64,000 nucleotides of DNA from contig JAJDND010000085.1 of the NCBI GenBank assembly GCA_022340885.1, positions 19,780-83,779 of the forward strand, read 5' to 3'. The notes beneath the pieces were generated by a model. That model had not been told where the DNA came from, ran no database searches, and was given only the letters and a program-made list of their open reading frames with translations. Within the stretch, counting starts at the first letter, position 1; every line of letters starts with the position of its first letter. The stretch is from Desulfobacterales bacterium. GTDB taxonomy: Bacteria; Desulfobacterota; Desulfobacteria; Desulfobacterales; UBA11574. The position numbers and the translations under genes were made by a program. Of the stretch, positions 31,661 through 40,718 are shown piece by piece.

Positions 31661-31713
31661 GGCTCAAAAACATGTCCTTTTTAAACGAAAAGAATGTACT
31701 GCCTTATCATGAA

Positions 31714-31850
31714 GCAATCGCTATGCCAGATGAAATCGTTGTCTGATACTTCATTAATTAATTGAAATAAAAGTGTTTTTAAGGTTGAAAAGTGATTGTT
31801 GCAAGCATCGCGAAGAAATTAGATGTCGACTTTTTTTACAAGGTGTAAAA
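31714..31850 (-). promoter_or_regulatory. Sigma54 promoter + IHF-like site + upstream activator box
   Basis: TGGCATAGCGATTGC 31714-31728; TTTCAATTAATTA 31755-31767; tgtcgactttttttaca-agg-tgtaaaa 31824-31850. Confidence 0.85.
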
Positions 31851-31855
31851 GGGGA

Positions 31856-31930
31856 CCGCAGATGAACGCAGATATTCTGAAAAAAAGAAACTGGAAGCCA
31901 TCTCAAAATGAGGATTTGCGGTTATCGGTC
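31856..31930. repeat. REP-like element of 9-nt units (degenerate right arm)
   Basis: ccgcagatgaacgcagat ... atttgcggttatcggt. Confidence 0.45.
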
Positions 31931-31932
31931 TT

Positions 31933-33645
31933 CTATTTCCTGAAATTATATTCATTGGGGGTGTTTAATTTTATCAGGGCACCGTATTTTTTGAACAAGA
32001 CTTCTCCTTTTGGTTGAAATGAAAACATGTTGGCGCCGATATCTTCAAGCTTCTCGACAATCTGCTTAATATTCTCAGAGCTCGTCAGCGATTCTATCGT
32101 TTCTATGGATACTGTTTGATCCTTGGGTTGTGATTCAAGAATCTCATATGCGTCTTCAAATTCGTCTGCGGCAAACTGAGCGGTTAAAACAATATAGTCG
32201 TCCACCCGTTGTTTCGAATCCTTCAATTCCGGCCTTTTGAGAAGAAATGCCTCCATGGTTTTTCCGGTCAGCGTCATCAATGCTTTGACCTCCTTTACCG
32301 GAAACCCCTCGGCATGCCGTCTGCGCGCAACCTCTTGAGCAAACGCTGGAACTATGTACCGTTCTCTATTTCTTACCGTTGCCGCTATGATTTGATAATT
32401 CAACATAATGTGCCACGTCAACAGTTCGCGATCCATCGTCAGGTAATTGGGAAATTGTCGCGCATTGGCAGATGTGTTTACTTCTTGCACAATGTTTTGA
32501 ATGATAGGTTCGCGCAAACGGATCAAAAGATCATAGATTCGAGTACTTTTTCTGTAAGCAGGACGGTATAGATTGATTTCGTTGCGATACACCCAGTCTT
32601 TCGGCTGGCTGGTCATTTTTTCGGTTAAAAATAAAAGGCGTCGCAGTATATGATACCGGGGGGTCGGTTTCCAGCCCAAAGCCGTGTAGGTTGCCGAAGC
32701 ATCAATATCCAGCTTCTTATCGATATATTCGGCCATCCACGGCTTTTCGAGCATTTCCTTTCCAATCATCCATCCCGAAAAAGAAAGAACATAAAATCCC
32801 ATTCTCACAAGAAATTTGGGAATTCTAAACGATCTTACATCATGTCCGTAATAATAACGGGTAGCGGTTTTAAAAAGCTCATTGTGGGAAACACTCCCAT
32901 TAGGACCCGCAATATAAACGCCCAGCTGGGGAAGGATGTCGCTGATGTCGATGACTCTGAGAAACAATTTAATGAGATCCCGGATATGGATATAGGGAAT
33001 GGCGGATTCGCCATGACCGGCCACAATTCTCGACATAAACTTGTTTTTGGATAGCCAGTACTTTAACAGCATATACAACATGGGATATTCGCACCAGTCG
33101 CTGTATACAGCCGCCAGACGGACAATGGAACATGGAAAGGATTCCGAATACTCTTTGATTAGCATTTCTGCGCGCCGCTTGCTGCAGGCATAAGGGAAAT
33201 CGCCGTCGGCAGGACTTTCTTCGGTTACGGTACTGCCTTCGGGAGGAAAATTGCAAGCCGCCACCGAACTGGAAAAGATAAAACGCTTTACTTTCATCAT
33301 GTTTGACAACTCTAGAAGATAGCGGGTGGCAATGACGTTCACCTGCTCATATACGGGGTTTTCCTGTAGTGTAAAATCGTAATATCCCGCCAGATGCAAA
33401 ACATAATCCACGTTTCCGTGATATTGAATGTATTCATATACGTTGAGCAGATCCTTCCACTTTGTTATATCGGCCTGCAGCCAGTGTATATTACTGCGAA
33501 AGGGAATTCCGACCTCTTTTTGACTGCGGCGAGCGATACAGAACAGGCGAAATTTTTCGGACACGGCAAGGACGAAATGCCTGCCGATAAATCCGGAGGC
33601 CCCGGTGACCAGTATCCCTGGTAATTTGTTAACCGCGTTACTCAT
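31933..33645 (-). CDS. NAD-dependent epimerase/dehydratase (extended SDR) with extra C-terminal helical domain
   Basis: TGASGFIG, HLAGYYD, SS, YACSK; about 200 additional C-terminal residues. Confidence 0.82.
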   Translation of the reverse strand: MSNAVNKLPGILVTGASGFIGRHFVLAVSEKFRLFCIARRSQKEVGIPFRSNIHWLQADITKWKDLLNVYEYIQYHGNVDYVLHLAGYYDFTLQENPVYEQVNVIATRYLLELSNMMKVKRFIFSSSVAACNFPPEGSTVTEESPADGDFPYACSKRRAEMLIKEYSESFPCSIVRLAAVYSDWCEYPMLYMLLKYWLSKNKFMSRIVAGHGESAIPYIHIRDLIKLFLRVIDISDILPQLGVYIAGPNGSVSHNELFKTATRYYYGHDVRSFRIPKFLVRMGFYVLSFSGWMIGKEMLEKPWMAEYIDKKLDIDASATYTALGWKPTPRYHILRRLLFLTEKMTSQPKDWVYRNEINLYRPAYRKSTRIYDLLIRLREPIIQNIVQEVNTSANARQFPNYLTMDRELLTWHIMLNYQIIAATVRNRERYIVPAFAQEVARRRHAEGFPVKEVKALMTLTGKTMEAFLLKRPELKDSKQRVDDYIVLTAQFAADEFEDAYEILESQPKDQTVSIETIESLTSSENIKQIVEKLEDIGANMFSFQPKGEVLFKKYGALIKLNTPNEYNFRK

Positions 33646-33672
33646 ATCGTTGAAAGAACTTTTTTCGGGTAT

Positions 33673-35172
33673 TTAATTGAAAATGTCTTCATGCGCTAAA
33701 TCCGGAAGCATAGCGCCGTGTTCCAACAAATTGCGATGCAGTTCAAAACATCGTATCAAATCATGCTGAATGTGCCCGAGCCTGGCATCTTTTATGTATC
33801 GATAAAGGTAGCCCCTGTAGGCAGGATGAGCACATCTTTCGATAATGATTTTTGCCCTTTGCATAGGGCCTAATCCTCTGAGATCCGCCAACCCCTGTTC
33901 GGTGACGACGATTTGAACGGAATGCTCGTTGCTGTCCACATGCGGGCACATGGGCACGATAGAAGATATTCTGCCGCCTTTTGCGATGGAGGGCGTCATG
34001 AAAACGGACAAATAGCTGTTTCTCGTAAATTCGCCGCTGCCGCCGATGCCGTTCATGATATCCATGCCGTACAGGTGCGAAGAATTAACGTTGCCGTAAA
34101 TATCCATTTCAATGGCCGTGTTCAAAGCGATGACCCCCAGCCTTCGAATAACGCCCGGGTGGTTGGAAATTTCCTGAGGCCGCAGCACAATTCGCCGGGC
34201 AAAAAAATCTATATTGTCGACAAGCTGCTTTAATTTATCAGATGTGATGGTCAAGCTGGTGGCGCTGGCGCCCAGAAGCTTCTCTTCAGCCATGAGATCC
34301 ACCATGGCATCCTGAAAAACTTCAGAATACACGCTAAACGGAGGGATATCCGGATGGCGACCCAAAGTGGCCAACATGCCGTTGGCAACATTGCCGACCC
34401 CTGACTGGATCGGCAGTAAGGTCTTGGGAATCCTTCCGCTATGCATCTCTCCCAAGAAAAACTGAACCACATGTTCGGCGATTTGGCAACTGATGTCATC
34501 CGGCGCCCCGAATTCAGTCACATTGTCGGGCTCGCGGCTTTCCACGAGGCCAATGACTTTTTGGGGATCGACAACTGCATAGGGGAAACCGATACGCGTC
34601 AGGGGGTCGTAAATATGTATGGGATACCGCTTGGGCGGCGGAGGCATCACCACGATGTCCGCCATCTCGCGAAGCCGTTCAGATTGATGACGGTTGATTT
34701 CAATGATGACTTTTTCAGCGTATCGAAGATATGTCGGAGAAGCCCCGATGGACGTCGTCAGAAATACTCGTCCGTCTGATGTTATTTCCGTGGCTTCCAC
34801 CACCGCCACATTGATTCGACCGAAAAAACCTTCGGACACGGCCTGCGGAACGTGGGAAAGGTGCATGTCCACATATTCGACCTCCTGGCGATTGATCTGT
34901 CTACGCAGTACCGATCCCGACTGATACGGCGCCCGCCATGAAACAGCTTCCGCTTGGGCCAGCTCATCATCGATGATACGTCCGCTGGAAGCGCCGGTCA
35001 GCACCCTCACTTTGAAACGATTTCCTTTTTCGTGTTCATCGTGGGCGCGAGAGGCAATGGCTCGCGGTACAACTTTTGCAGCACCGGCAGGGCTGAACCC
35101 GCTAAACGAAACCGTATCGCCATCCCTTATGTATGATGCAGCTTCATCCGGTGTTAAAATGGGATAGCTCAT
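33673..35172 (-). CDS. Acetyl-CoA hydrolase / succinate CoA-transferase
   Basis: SGFSPAG, TGASS, QSGVGN, YSEVFQD, RPQEISNHP, MNGIGGSGEF, VTEQGLAD. Confidence 0.93.
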   Translation of the reverse strand: MSYPILTPDEAASYIRDGDTVSFSGFSPAGAAKVVPRAIASRAHDEHEKGNRFKVRVLTGASSGRIIDDELAQAEAVSWRAPYQSGSVLRRQINRQEVEYVDMHLSHVPQAVSEGFFGRINVAVVEATEITSDGRVFLTTSIGASPTYLRYAEKVIIEINRHQSERLREMADIVVMPPPPKRYPIHIYDPLTRIGFPYAVVDPQKVIGLVESREPDNVTEFGAPDDISCQIAEHVVQFFLGEMHSGRIPKTLLPIQSGVGNVANGMLATLGRHPDIPPFSVYSEVFQDAMVDLMAEEKLLGASATSLTITSDKLKQLVDNIDFFARRIVLRPQEISNHPGVIRRLGVIALNTAIEMDIYGNVNSSHLYGMDIMNGIGGSGEFTRNSYLSVFMTPSIAKGGRISSIVPMCPHVDSNEHSVQIVVTEQGLADLRGLGPMQRAKIIIERCAHPAYRGYLYRYIKDARLGHIQHDLIRCFELHRNLLEHGAMLPDLAHEDIFN

Positions 35173-35206
35173 TAAAAGTATCCTCGCTTTATCGTATAAG
35201 AATTGC

Positions 35207-35569
35207 TCATACCTTCTCGGATTCCGGCTTGTTTAAGGCATGAAACATAAATGCCGATGAAATGTTGCCGTTTTTAAGGACCTCATCGATGGCCTGTTTG
35301 AGGCTGATCATTGAACGATGGCCATCAATAATGTAGATAAGTACCGGAAGGTCCGGAACCTTTTTCTTGATTTCGTTTAAAACCTGCCAGCTGTCAAAAC
35401 TTTCAGAATGAAGTCCCAAAAGCACCAAATCCGGTCGCGCATCTTTAATATATTCCCAGATCGACCCGATGGTATTTAACGTTACGACTTGAAAGTTCTC
35501 AATGGCCAGTTCTTTATATAGCGCCGAGAGAATATCCTTTTTGTCGTCGACGATTAGAATTTTGGGCAT
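35207..35569 (-). CDS. Pseudo-receiver domain protein (start uncertain, 35569-35617)
   Basis: MPKILIVDD..PDLVLLGL: Gly at the phospho-Asp position. Confidence 0.7.
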   Translation of the reverse strand: MPKILIVDDKKDILSALYKELAIENFQVVTLNTIGSIWEYIKDARPDLVLLGLHSESFDSWQVLNEIKKKVPDLPVLIYIIDGHRSMISLKQAIDEVLKNGNISSAFMFHALNKPESEKV

Positions 35570-35714
35570 ATTTAATTTTCCGTCCATTCGAATGAATATG
35601 GGGATAAAATCGTGCAACGATTTTATGAAAATCGGTGATACCGATCAGTTTGACGAAAGACACCCTGCATTTGTTTAAAAAAAGATGCGGGCACGGATTT
35701 CTTTATAAGCTTCC

Positions 35715-35830
35715 GCAAAAAACATGCCATAACGGAAAATTTAATAATATATGCTTTTACAATGGGTTATTTAATCTATCTCTTTCCATTGAAATCGGAT
35801 CTGTGTCGATATTTTTTTCAGAATGTAAAG
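35715..35830 (-). promoter_or_regulatory. Sigma54 promoter + activator box
   Basis: TGGCATGTTTTTTGC 35715-35729; tgtcgatatttttttca-gaa-tgtaaag 35804-35830. Confidence 0.75.
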
Positions 35831-35902
35831 AAAACTGATTGCGGTTGAAAAATCATAAATGGAAAACCGGAGAGATGGGGTATTTGTTTAGAAGTGGTTT
35901 CA

Positions 35903-36295
35903 TTAATGGGTGGCAGCATATTGCCCTTGATCGAGTTTATCTTCTGCCTCCTGCATATCTCTTGCATTTTCTACCGCGAAACAGGCTTTTAAGTTGAAAA
36001 GATTTTGTTGAAAGAAATCAGCGTCGGTATTGTTTTTTCCGACGAGAACGATTCTCCCGGCACCATACGCATAAATTAAATCCACGGTATTAAACAATAG
36101 ATCAAGATCATTTTGACGAACACCCGTTTTTTTATCCAAGACAGCGATACATGAGAAGTTATAGGCCAAGTCCCCGCAGGCACTTTCGATAATATTCACG
36201 TATTCTGTTATATCATTTGAATTGCCTTCTTTTAAAATGACATACATTCTATTTTTTATGGGATTTATATGAACATAATGCATATGAATCTCCAT
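35903..36295 (-). CDS. Hypothetical protein, possibly STAS/SEC14-like
   Basis: 130-aa ORF downstream of a sigma54 promoter; fold guess is from pattern only. Confidence 0.6.
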   Translation of the reverse strand: MEIHMHYVHINPIKNRMYVILKEGNSNDITEYVNIIESACGDLAYNFSCIAVLDKKTGVRQNDLDLLFNTVDLIYAYGAGRIVLVGKNNTDADFFQQNLFNLKACFAVENARDMQEAEDKLDQGQYAATH

Positions 36296-36452
36296 AGACT
36301 TTTTGATATGGTCTATTTCATTAGATTTGAATTATTCTCTGCTTGCCGATTTTTCTTTTGTTCATTAGGTCCCACAGTTTCTTCTGTGGGAGTCTCATAA
36401 AATCGTTACACGATTTTATTTTGATTTCAAATTCTCAAAATAAAAATAAGTT

Positions 36453-36593
36453 ACAATTTTCATGCCAAGACTAAACTTCAAAATCGTTATTTTTTTAACC
36501 GGCTAATAATATGAGCAAACTCCCGTTAAACAGAATTTCGTGTTTCCGATAACGAATGGGTATTGATGTCGGTTTTTTTTACAGCGTGTAAAA
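36453..36593 (-). promoter_or_regulatory. Sigma54 promoter (-12 variant) + activator box
   Basis: TGGCATGAAAATTGT 36453-36467; tgtcggttttttttaca-gcg-tgtaaaa 36567-36593. Confidence 0.72.
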
Positions 36594-36747
36594 CGCTAAC
36601 TCAAGCTTTGTCAGCCCGATTGCGATCGATGCCGGTAAACCGCGGTGGTCCGGAATTTTTTTATGGTATGATTCTTGCTGTCTACTAGTAGCGAATTAGA
36701 GGGCTTATATCTGTAAATGGATCAAAAATGAATATTGGAGGTCTCCT

Positions 36748-37227
36748 ATGAGCCTTGAAAAAATAACGGACATCCTGCGAATGTCTGATCTCTTTTGCGA
36801 ACTCTCCGACAATGAACTGCAGTCCATCGCTGAACTGTGCCGAATTGAAGAATTTGAAGCCGGAGACATCATATATCGACAAGGCAGCGTCGGAACAAAA
36901 TTATATATTTTAGCCAAAGGGCGTGTCATTCTTGAAAGAGAGATTGACCTCGGGGGCACCCGCAAGGCCAAGCTGAATGTCTTTTCCCTTATGGAACGGA
37001 CAAATAGGCGGGTGATGGGAAGCTGGTATACGCTCATTGGGGAGCAACATGTGCATATGTGCTCTGCTATATGCGAAAAACCAACGAAGATGGTCTCCGT
37101 CGGCTGTTTTAATCTTAGAAGCGCCATGGTTCAGGATTCAACGATTCGGATCAAAATCTTGGAACAGCTCGTTTTGTTGCTTCGAGATCGAATACTCAGT
37201 TCTTATGAAGCCATTGATACCCTGTAA
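36748..37227 (+). CDS. Stand-alone cyclic nucleotide-binding domain protein
   Basis: LFCELSDNEL, FEAGDIIYRQG, LYILAKGRV; GGAGG RBS. Confidence 0.85.
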   Translation: MSLEKITDILRMSDLFCELSDNELQSIAELCRIEEFEAGDIIYRQGSVGTKLYILAKGRVILEREIDLGGTRKAKLNVFSLMERTNRRVMGSWYTLIGEQHVHMCSAICEKPTKMVSVGCFNLRSAMVQDSTIRIKILEQLVLLLRDRILSSYEAIDTL

Positions 37228-37261
37228 TATTGAAATAAAACGTTAGAGAGGCTCGAACATG

Positions 37262-37305
37262 AAAAGAGGTGACAGCCATAAGGTTTGCCGGCTACCACCT
37301 CTTTT
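37262..37305. terminator. Probable bidirectional terminator
   Basis: aaaagaggtg ... cacctctttt stem between convergent genes. Confidence 0.65.
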
Positions 37306-37332
37306 ACGCTACCTTCCCCCTTCCTCTATGCG

Positions 37333-37545
37333 TTAGTCTCTTTCATATTTGAAGGAAAGCTTTACCCTGGCGCGATAAGCCGCCACTTTCCCATTTTCGA
37401 TCTTCAAATCCAGTTTGGTAATTTCCGCGATTCTAAGATCTTTGAGCGTACCTGAAGCCGTTTCCACTGCATTTCTAGCGGCATCATCCCATGAAGAACG
37501 GCTGGTTCCCACCAGTTCAATGATTTTATATACGCTGTCTGCCAT
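37333..37545 (-). CDS. Dodecin family flavin-binding protein
   Basis: VYKIIELVGTSRSSWDDAARNAV..YRARVKLSFK; AGGAG RBS. Confidence 0.92.
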   Translation of the reverse strand: MADSVYKIIELVGTSRSSWDDAARNAVETASGTLKDLRIAEITKLDLKIENGKVAAYRARVKLSFKYERD

Positions 37546-37597
37546 AACGAATCTCCTTTTATTGTCATTTAATCCATCTTTTTTCACCTGTTAATGT

Positions 37598-38080
37598 TTA
37601 TCCCGGTAGCGCCGTGATGGTTGCAGGGTCTTGTACCATGCCATAAAGCTGCCTTTTGACGCTTTTATAGCGTTCGAAATAGACCTTGGCGATTTCTTTT
37701 AAAAAAAGATATCCGATTTGATAATCTTTATGGAAGAGATCAAACAGGTCATCCGCGTTTATGGCCATCACCTCAGAATCTTCCATACAGACGGCATTCA
37801 GCGTATACTCCTGGGGCTTCATAAAACATGCCGCACCGAACAACTCGCCTTTACTCCTGTTTTCAAAGGAAATGTCAATGCCTTTTCCCGGATCGATCTT
37901 TCGCAGTTTCACCCAGCCCTTGCAAACGATATAAATCTGGTTGGCACGATCACCTTCCTTGTAGATCTGAGTTCCTTTTTTGAAGGTTTTTTTCTCCGTG
38001 ACTTTCAAGAGTTTCTCTAACTGATTATCTGAAAACGCATGAAAGAAATCGAATTTTTTGAAATCCATAATTGCTTTCAT
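37598..38080 (-). CDS. Stand-alone cyclic nucleotide-binding domain protein
   Basis: FKKGTQIYKEGD, IYIVCKGWV, GELFG. Confidence 0.87.
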   Translation of the reverse strand: MKAIMDFKKFDFFHAFSDNQLEKLLKVTEKKTFKKGTQIYKEGDRANQIYIVCKGWVKLRKIDPGKGIDISFENRSKGELFGAACFMKPQEYTLNAVCMEDSEVMAINADDLFDLFHKDYQIGYLFLKEIAKVYFERYKSVKRQLYGMVQDPATITALPG

Positions 38081-38121
38081 AATGAACCTCCTTTTTAAAA
38101 TTGGTTTAGCTTATATGAGAA

Positions 38122-39060
38122 TTAGGTCACAACCCATACCGCTCTTCTTCTGATAATGCTGATGACTTTATTGCTCACTCTACCCAGCAAAAATTCCTGG
38201 ACCTTGGATAAGCCCCTTCGGCCTAAAACGATGGTACCGTAATCTCCCTCTCTGGCTTCCTTAATGATCGCTTCTGCCCGGCTGGGGACGCCGGAAACCA
38301 GTTTGGTCGTTATTTGACCGGGTGCAAATCCGGCGTCTTCCAAACGGCGCTTTGCATTGTCGAATACAGCCTTTGCACCGGCTTCAGCTTCCTCTAAGCT
38401 TTCTTTGGAGAAAAATAGATGCGCAATCCCGGAATGAATGGATTGACCGCCTCGGATGACGTGAAACAGGTTTATTTTGAACTCGAAACCACCCAGAATC
38501 TGCGCAACATAATCTACAGCCCGAATGGCATTTTCCGAGTTGTCTACGGCCACGAGGAATTTGTTGTCAGGGGGTATTTCGCCGATCATCAACACCGGCA
38601 GGAAAGTCACTTTTTCAACGATTTTTTTCGCAACGCTTCCAACAATGACCTCTTTATAGGTGCCCATGCCCCTTCGTCCGATAATAACGGCATTATATCC
38701 ATTCTCGGCTTCTTTGACGATGTCTCTCGCAATACCTTCTTTTTTGTTGTGAATCCGCATTGAAACGGCATCTGAAGAAAAACCCGAATGGAGAAGCTTT
38801 TGCTTTGCATTTTCCATGGCGTTTTGAATCTCTTTTTTTTGCTGCATTTCCCACGCCCTGACTTCCCGGGCGGATCGACTGAATTGGGGATCTTTTCCGA
38901 GATCCAAATATGCCTCGGGTATACCGCTGAAAACATTAAAAAGCACTATCTTCATTTTATGAAAGGGGGTGAGTCCGCTGATATAATTTATCGCATGGAA
39001 AGCATGTTCGGAACCGTCAAATGTCAGTAGAATTTTTTGTTGAAATTGCGTCTTCATCAT
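38122..39060 (-). CDS. Tandem-domain universal stress protein
   Basis: ILLTFDGSE..GRRG..GSVA; LVAVDNSE..GRRG..GRVS. Confidence 0.92.
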   Translation of the reverse strand: MMKTQFQQKILLTFDGSEHAFHAINYISGLTPFHKMKIVLFNVFSGIPEAYLDLGKDPQFSRSAREVRAWEMQQKKEIQNAMENAKQKLLHSGFSSDAVSMRIHNKKEGIARDIVKEAENGYNAVIIGRRGMGTYKEVIVGSVAKKIVEKVTFLPVLMIGEIPPDNKFLVAVDNSENAIRAVDYVAQILGGFEFKINLFHVIRGGQSIHSGIAHLFFSKESLEEAEAGAKAVFDNAKRRLEDAGFAPGQITTKLVSGVPSRAEAIIKEAREGDYGTIVLGRRGLSKVQEFLLGRVSNKVISIIRRRAVWVVT

Positions 39061-39176
39061 GATCCTTCCTTTCCCGGAGCAAGGGATAGATGCCGCCTAT
39101 TATTCCAATAATCCAATAGAAAGAGACGACCGAATTTGAAATGCAAAGAGCCTTGATATCTGTTGAATAACAAGAA

Positions 39177-39314
39177 GCAATAACTATTCCAGAAATAAAA
39201 TTGTCGGCAGTAATAATATAGGGCGCTGTAATAATAGGAAATTGATCTTGTTGTGATGAAATGTTGTGCGAGAATTGAAAAACAGCCTGTCGGATATTTT
39301 TACAACGTGTAAAA
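39177..39314 (-). promoter_or_regulatory. Sigma54 promoter + activator box
   Basis: TGGAATAGTTATTGC 39177-39191; tgtcggatatttttaca-acg-tgtaaaa 39288-39314. Confidence 0.8.
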
Positions 39315-39346
39315 GGAATTTTTAAAGTTCGGCAATGCGATCTTCT

Positions 39347-39482
39347 TTTTACAGTTTGTAAAAAAACCGGACAGATCCGGTAATCGGCTTAATTTTTTTT
39401 TTGGAATTTATGACAATATTAAAAGTTAATTCATATACATACATTATTCTCCCCTTTTATCTCCCCATGGCATAATAGTTGC
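39347..39482 (+). promoter_or_regulatory. Inverted activator box + sigma54 promoter (divergent)
   Basis: ttttaca-gtt-tgtaaaaaaaccggaca 39347-39373; TGGCATAATAGTTGC 39468-39482. Confidence 0.85.
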
Positions 39483-39577
39483 AAAAATAGTCTTCAAATA
39501 GCTACGTGAACATGTAATTGCTTAGCCTTTTGAAAATCGATCGATTCAGACAAGGTTATGATTCTAAAAGGAGGTAT

Positions 39578-40360
39578 ATGATGGCAATACAAATCGGAGG
39601 TGTAAAATACATTCCGGGAATGTACGAAAAAAAAAGGCCGACCGGCTCACAACTGGCGGATAAGTATTTTCGTGATATGGACCAAAAATGGATCGAACGG
39701 AAACAAAAAGAAAAAAGACCCGAAATTTTTCCGACAATCTGTTTTTCTCGAAAAATTGGTGTCGGCGCCTTGGAGATTGCAGATATTCTTGCAAAAAAGA
39801 TTAACTATAGTGTGGTTGACAGGGGACTGCTGATGCACATCGCCCAGGAAGCGAAACTCAGCGAAAAAACTGTCTCCTATTTCGATGAACGGTATCCCGG
39901 TGTTTTGAATGAATTTGCCAAACTGCTCTTCGGTGAAAAATCGTTTATCAAAAGCGACTATAGCCGGCATCTGGCGAATGTCGTGCTTTCGATTGCCGGT
40001 TTGGAACCCACCATTTTTGTGGGCAGGGGAACCCATTTAATCCTTCCCCGGGACCGCGTGCTGGCTATCAGATGCATCTGTTCGGACGAGCACCGGACCG
40101 AGCGGTTGGCCAGAATCCTTAATGTCGGAAAAAAAGCCGCCGCCTCAAAACTGCCCCAGATCGATAAAGAACAAAGTGAATTTTTTAAAAAGGTTTTCAG
40201 CAAAAAAGAAGCCCTTCCATACGAGTTCGATATGGTGATCAATTGCGACTATATCAGCAATACACAAGATGCGGCGGAAATCGTTGAACTGGCCTTTAAG
40301 AAAAAGTTTGCCGAAGAACTTTCATCTTCCGGCTGGACCGAAACAGCAAAGGCATCTTAG
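39578..40360 (+). CDS. Cytidylate kinase-like family protein
   Basis: ICFSRKIGVGALEIA, IFVGRG, FDMVIN; AGGAGG RBS before 39578. Confidence 0.82.
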   Translation: MMAIQIGGVKYIPGMYEKKRPTGSQLADKYFRDMDQKWIERKQKEKRPEIFPTICFSRKIGVGALEIADILAKKINYSVVDRGLLMHIAQEAKLSEKTVSYFDERYPGVLNEFAKLLFGEKSFIKSDYSRHLANVVLSIAGLEPTIFVGRGTHLILPRDRVLAIRCICSDEHRTERLARILNVGKKAAASKLPQIDKEQSEFFKKVFSKKEALPYEFDMVINCDYISNTQDAAEIVELAFKKKFAEELSSSGWTETAKAS

Positions 40361-40377
40361 TCGGGAGCGCACAAAAA

Positions 40378-40413
40378 AACAAAGCACGAAAAGAAGAAGT
40401 TTCGTGCTTTGTT
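40378..40413 (+). terminator. Hairpin (terminator or REP-like)
   Basis: aacaaagcacgaaa-8 nt-tttcgtgctttgtt directly after the stop codon. Confidence 0.6.
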
Positions 40414-40427
40414 TGTTTAAGGTCAAT

Positions 40428-40572
40428 TAGTGCCCGTCGATAAATGAGGATTTTTGCTCAAGATCAAGGCTTGCGAAAAAAATAACCGCAGGCATATGTT
40501 TAATATTCCGAGGATTATTTTTTGAGCATAACGCAGAGATTGGGCAAAAAGACCATTTATTGACGGACAATA
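40428..40572. mobile_element. MITE-like element, terminus type B
   Basis: Imperfect terminal IR tagtgcccgtcgataaatg / catttattgacggacaata; core shared with the adjacent element. Confidence 0.7.
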
Positions 40573-40718
40573 GAAGTGGTTTCAAAACCTTCAATCGGGT
40601 TTAATGTCAAGGCGGACTGAGACGGGAAACCGCAGGAATATCGTGAATATTTCGAGGATTGAACGGCGCAGTCCAACACAGAGATTGAGCCCGAGGGGAG
40701 GTTTTGAAACCACTTCTA
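40571..40718. mobile_element. 148-bp MITE-like element, terminus type A
   Basis: Perfect 20-bp terminal IR tagaagtggtttcaaaacct / aggttttgaaaccacttcta; second copy at 53659-53806. Confidence 0.85.

Noticed and set aside
40428-40718. Possible CRISPR array or tRNA
   Set aside because: No regularly spaced direct repeats with unique spacers, no cloverleaf, and no cas genes
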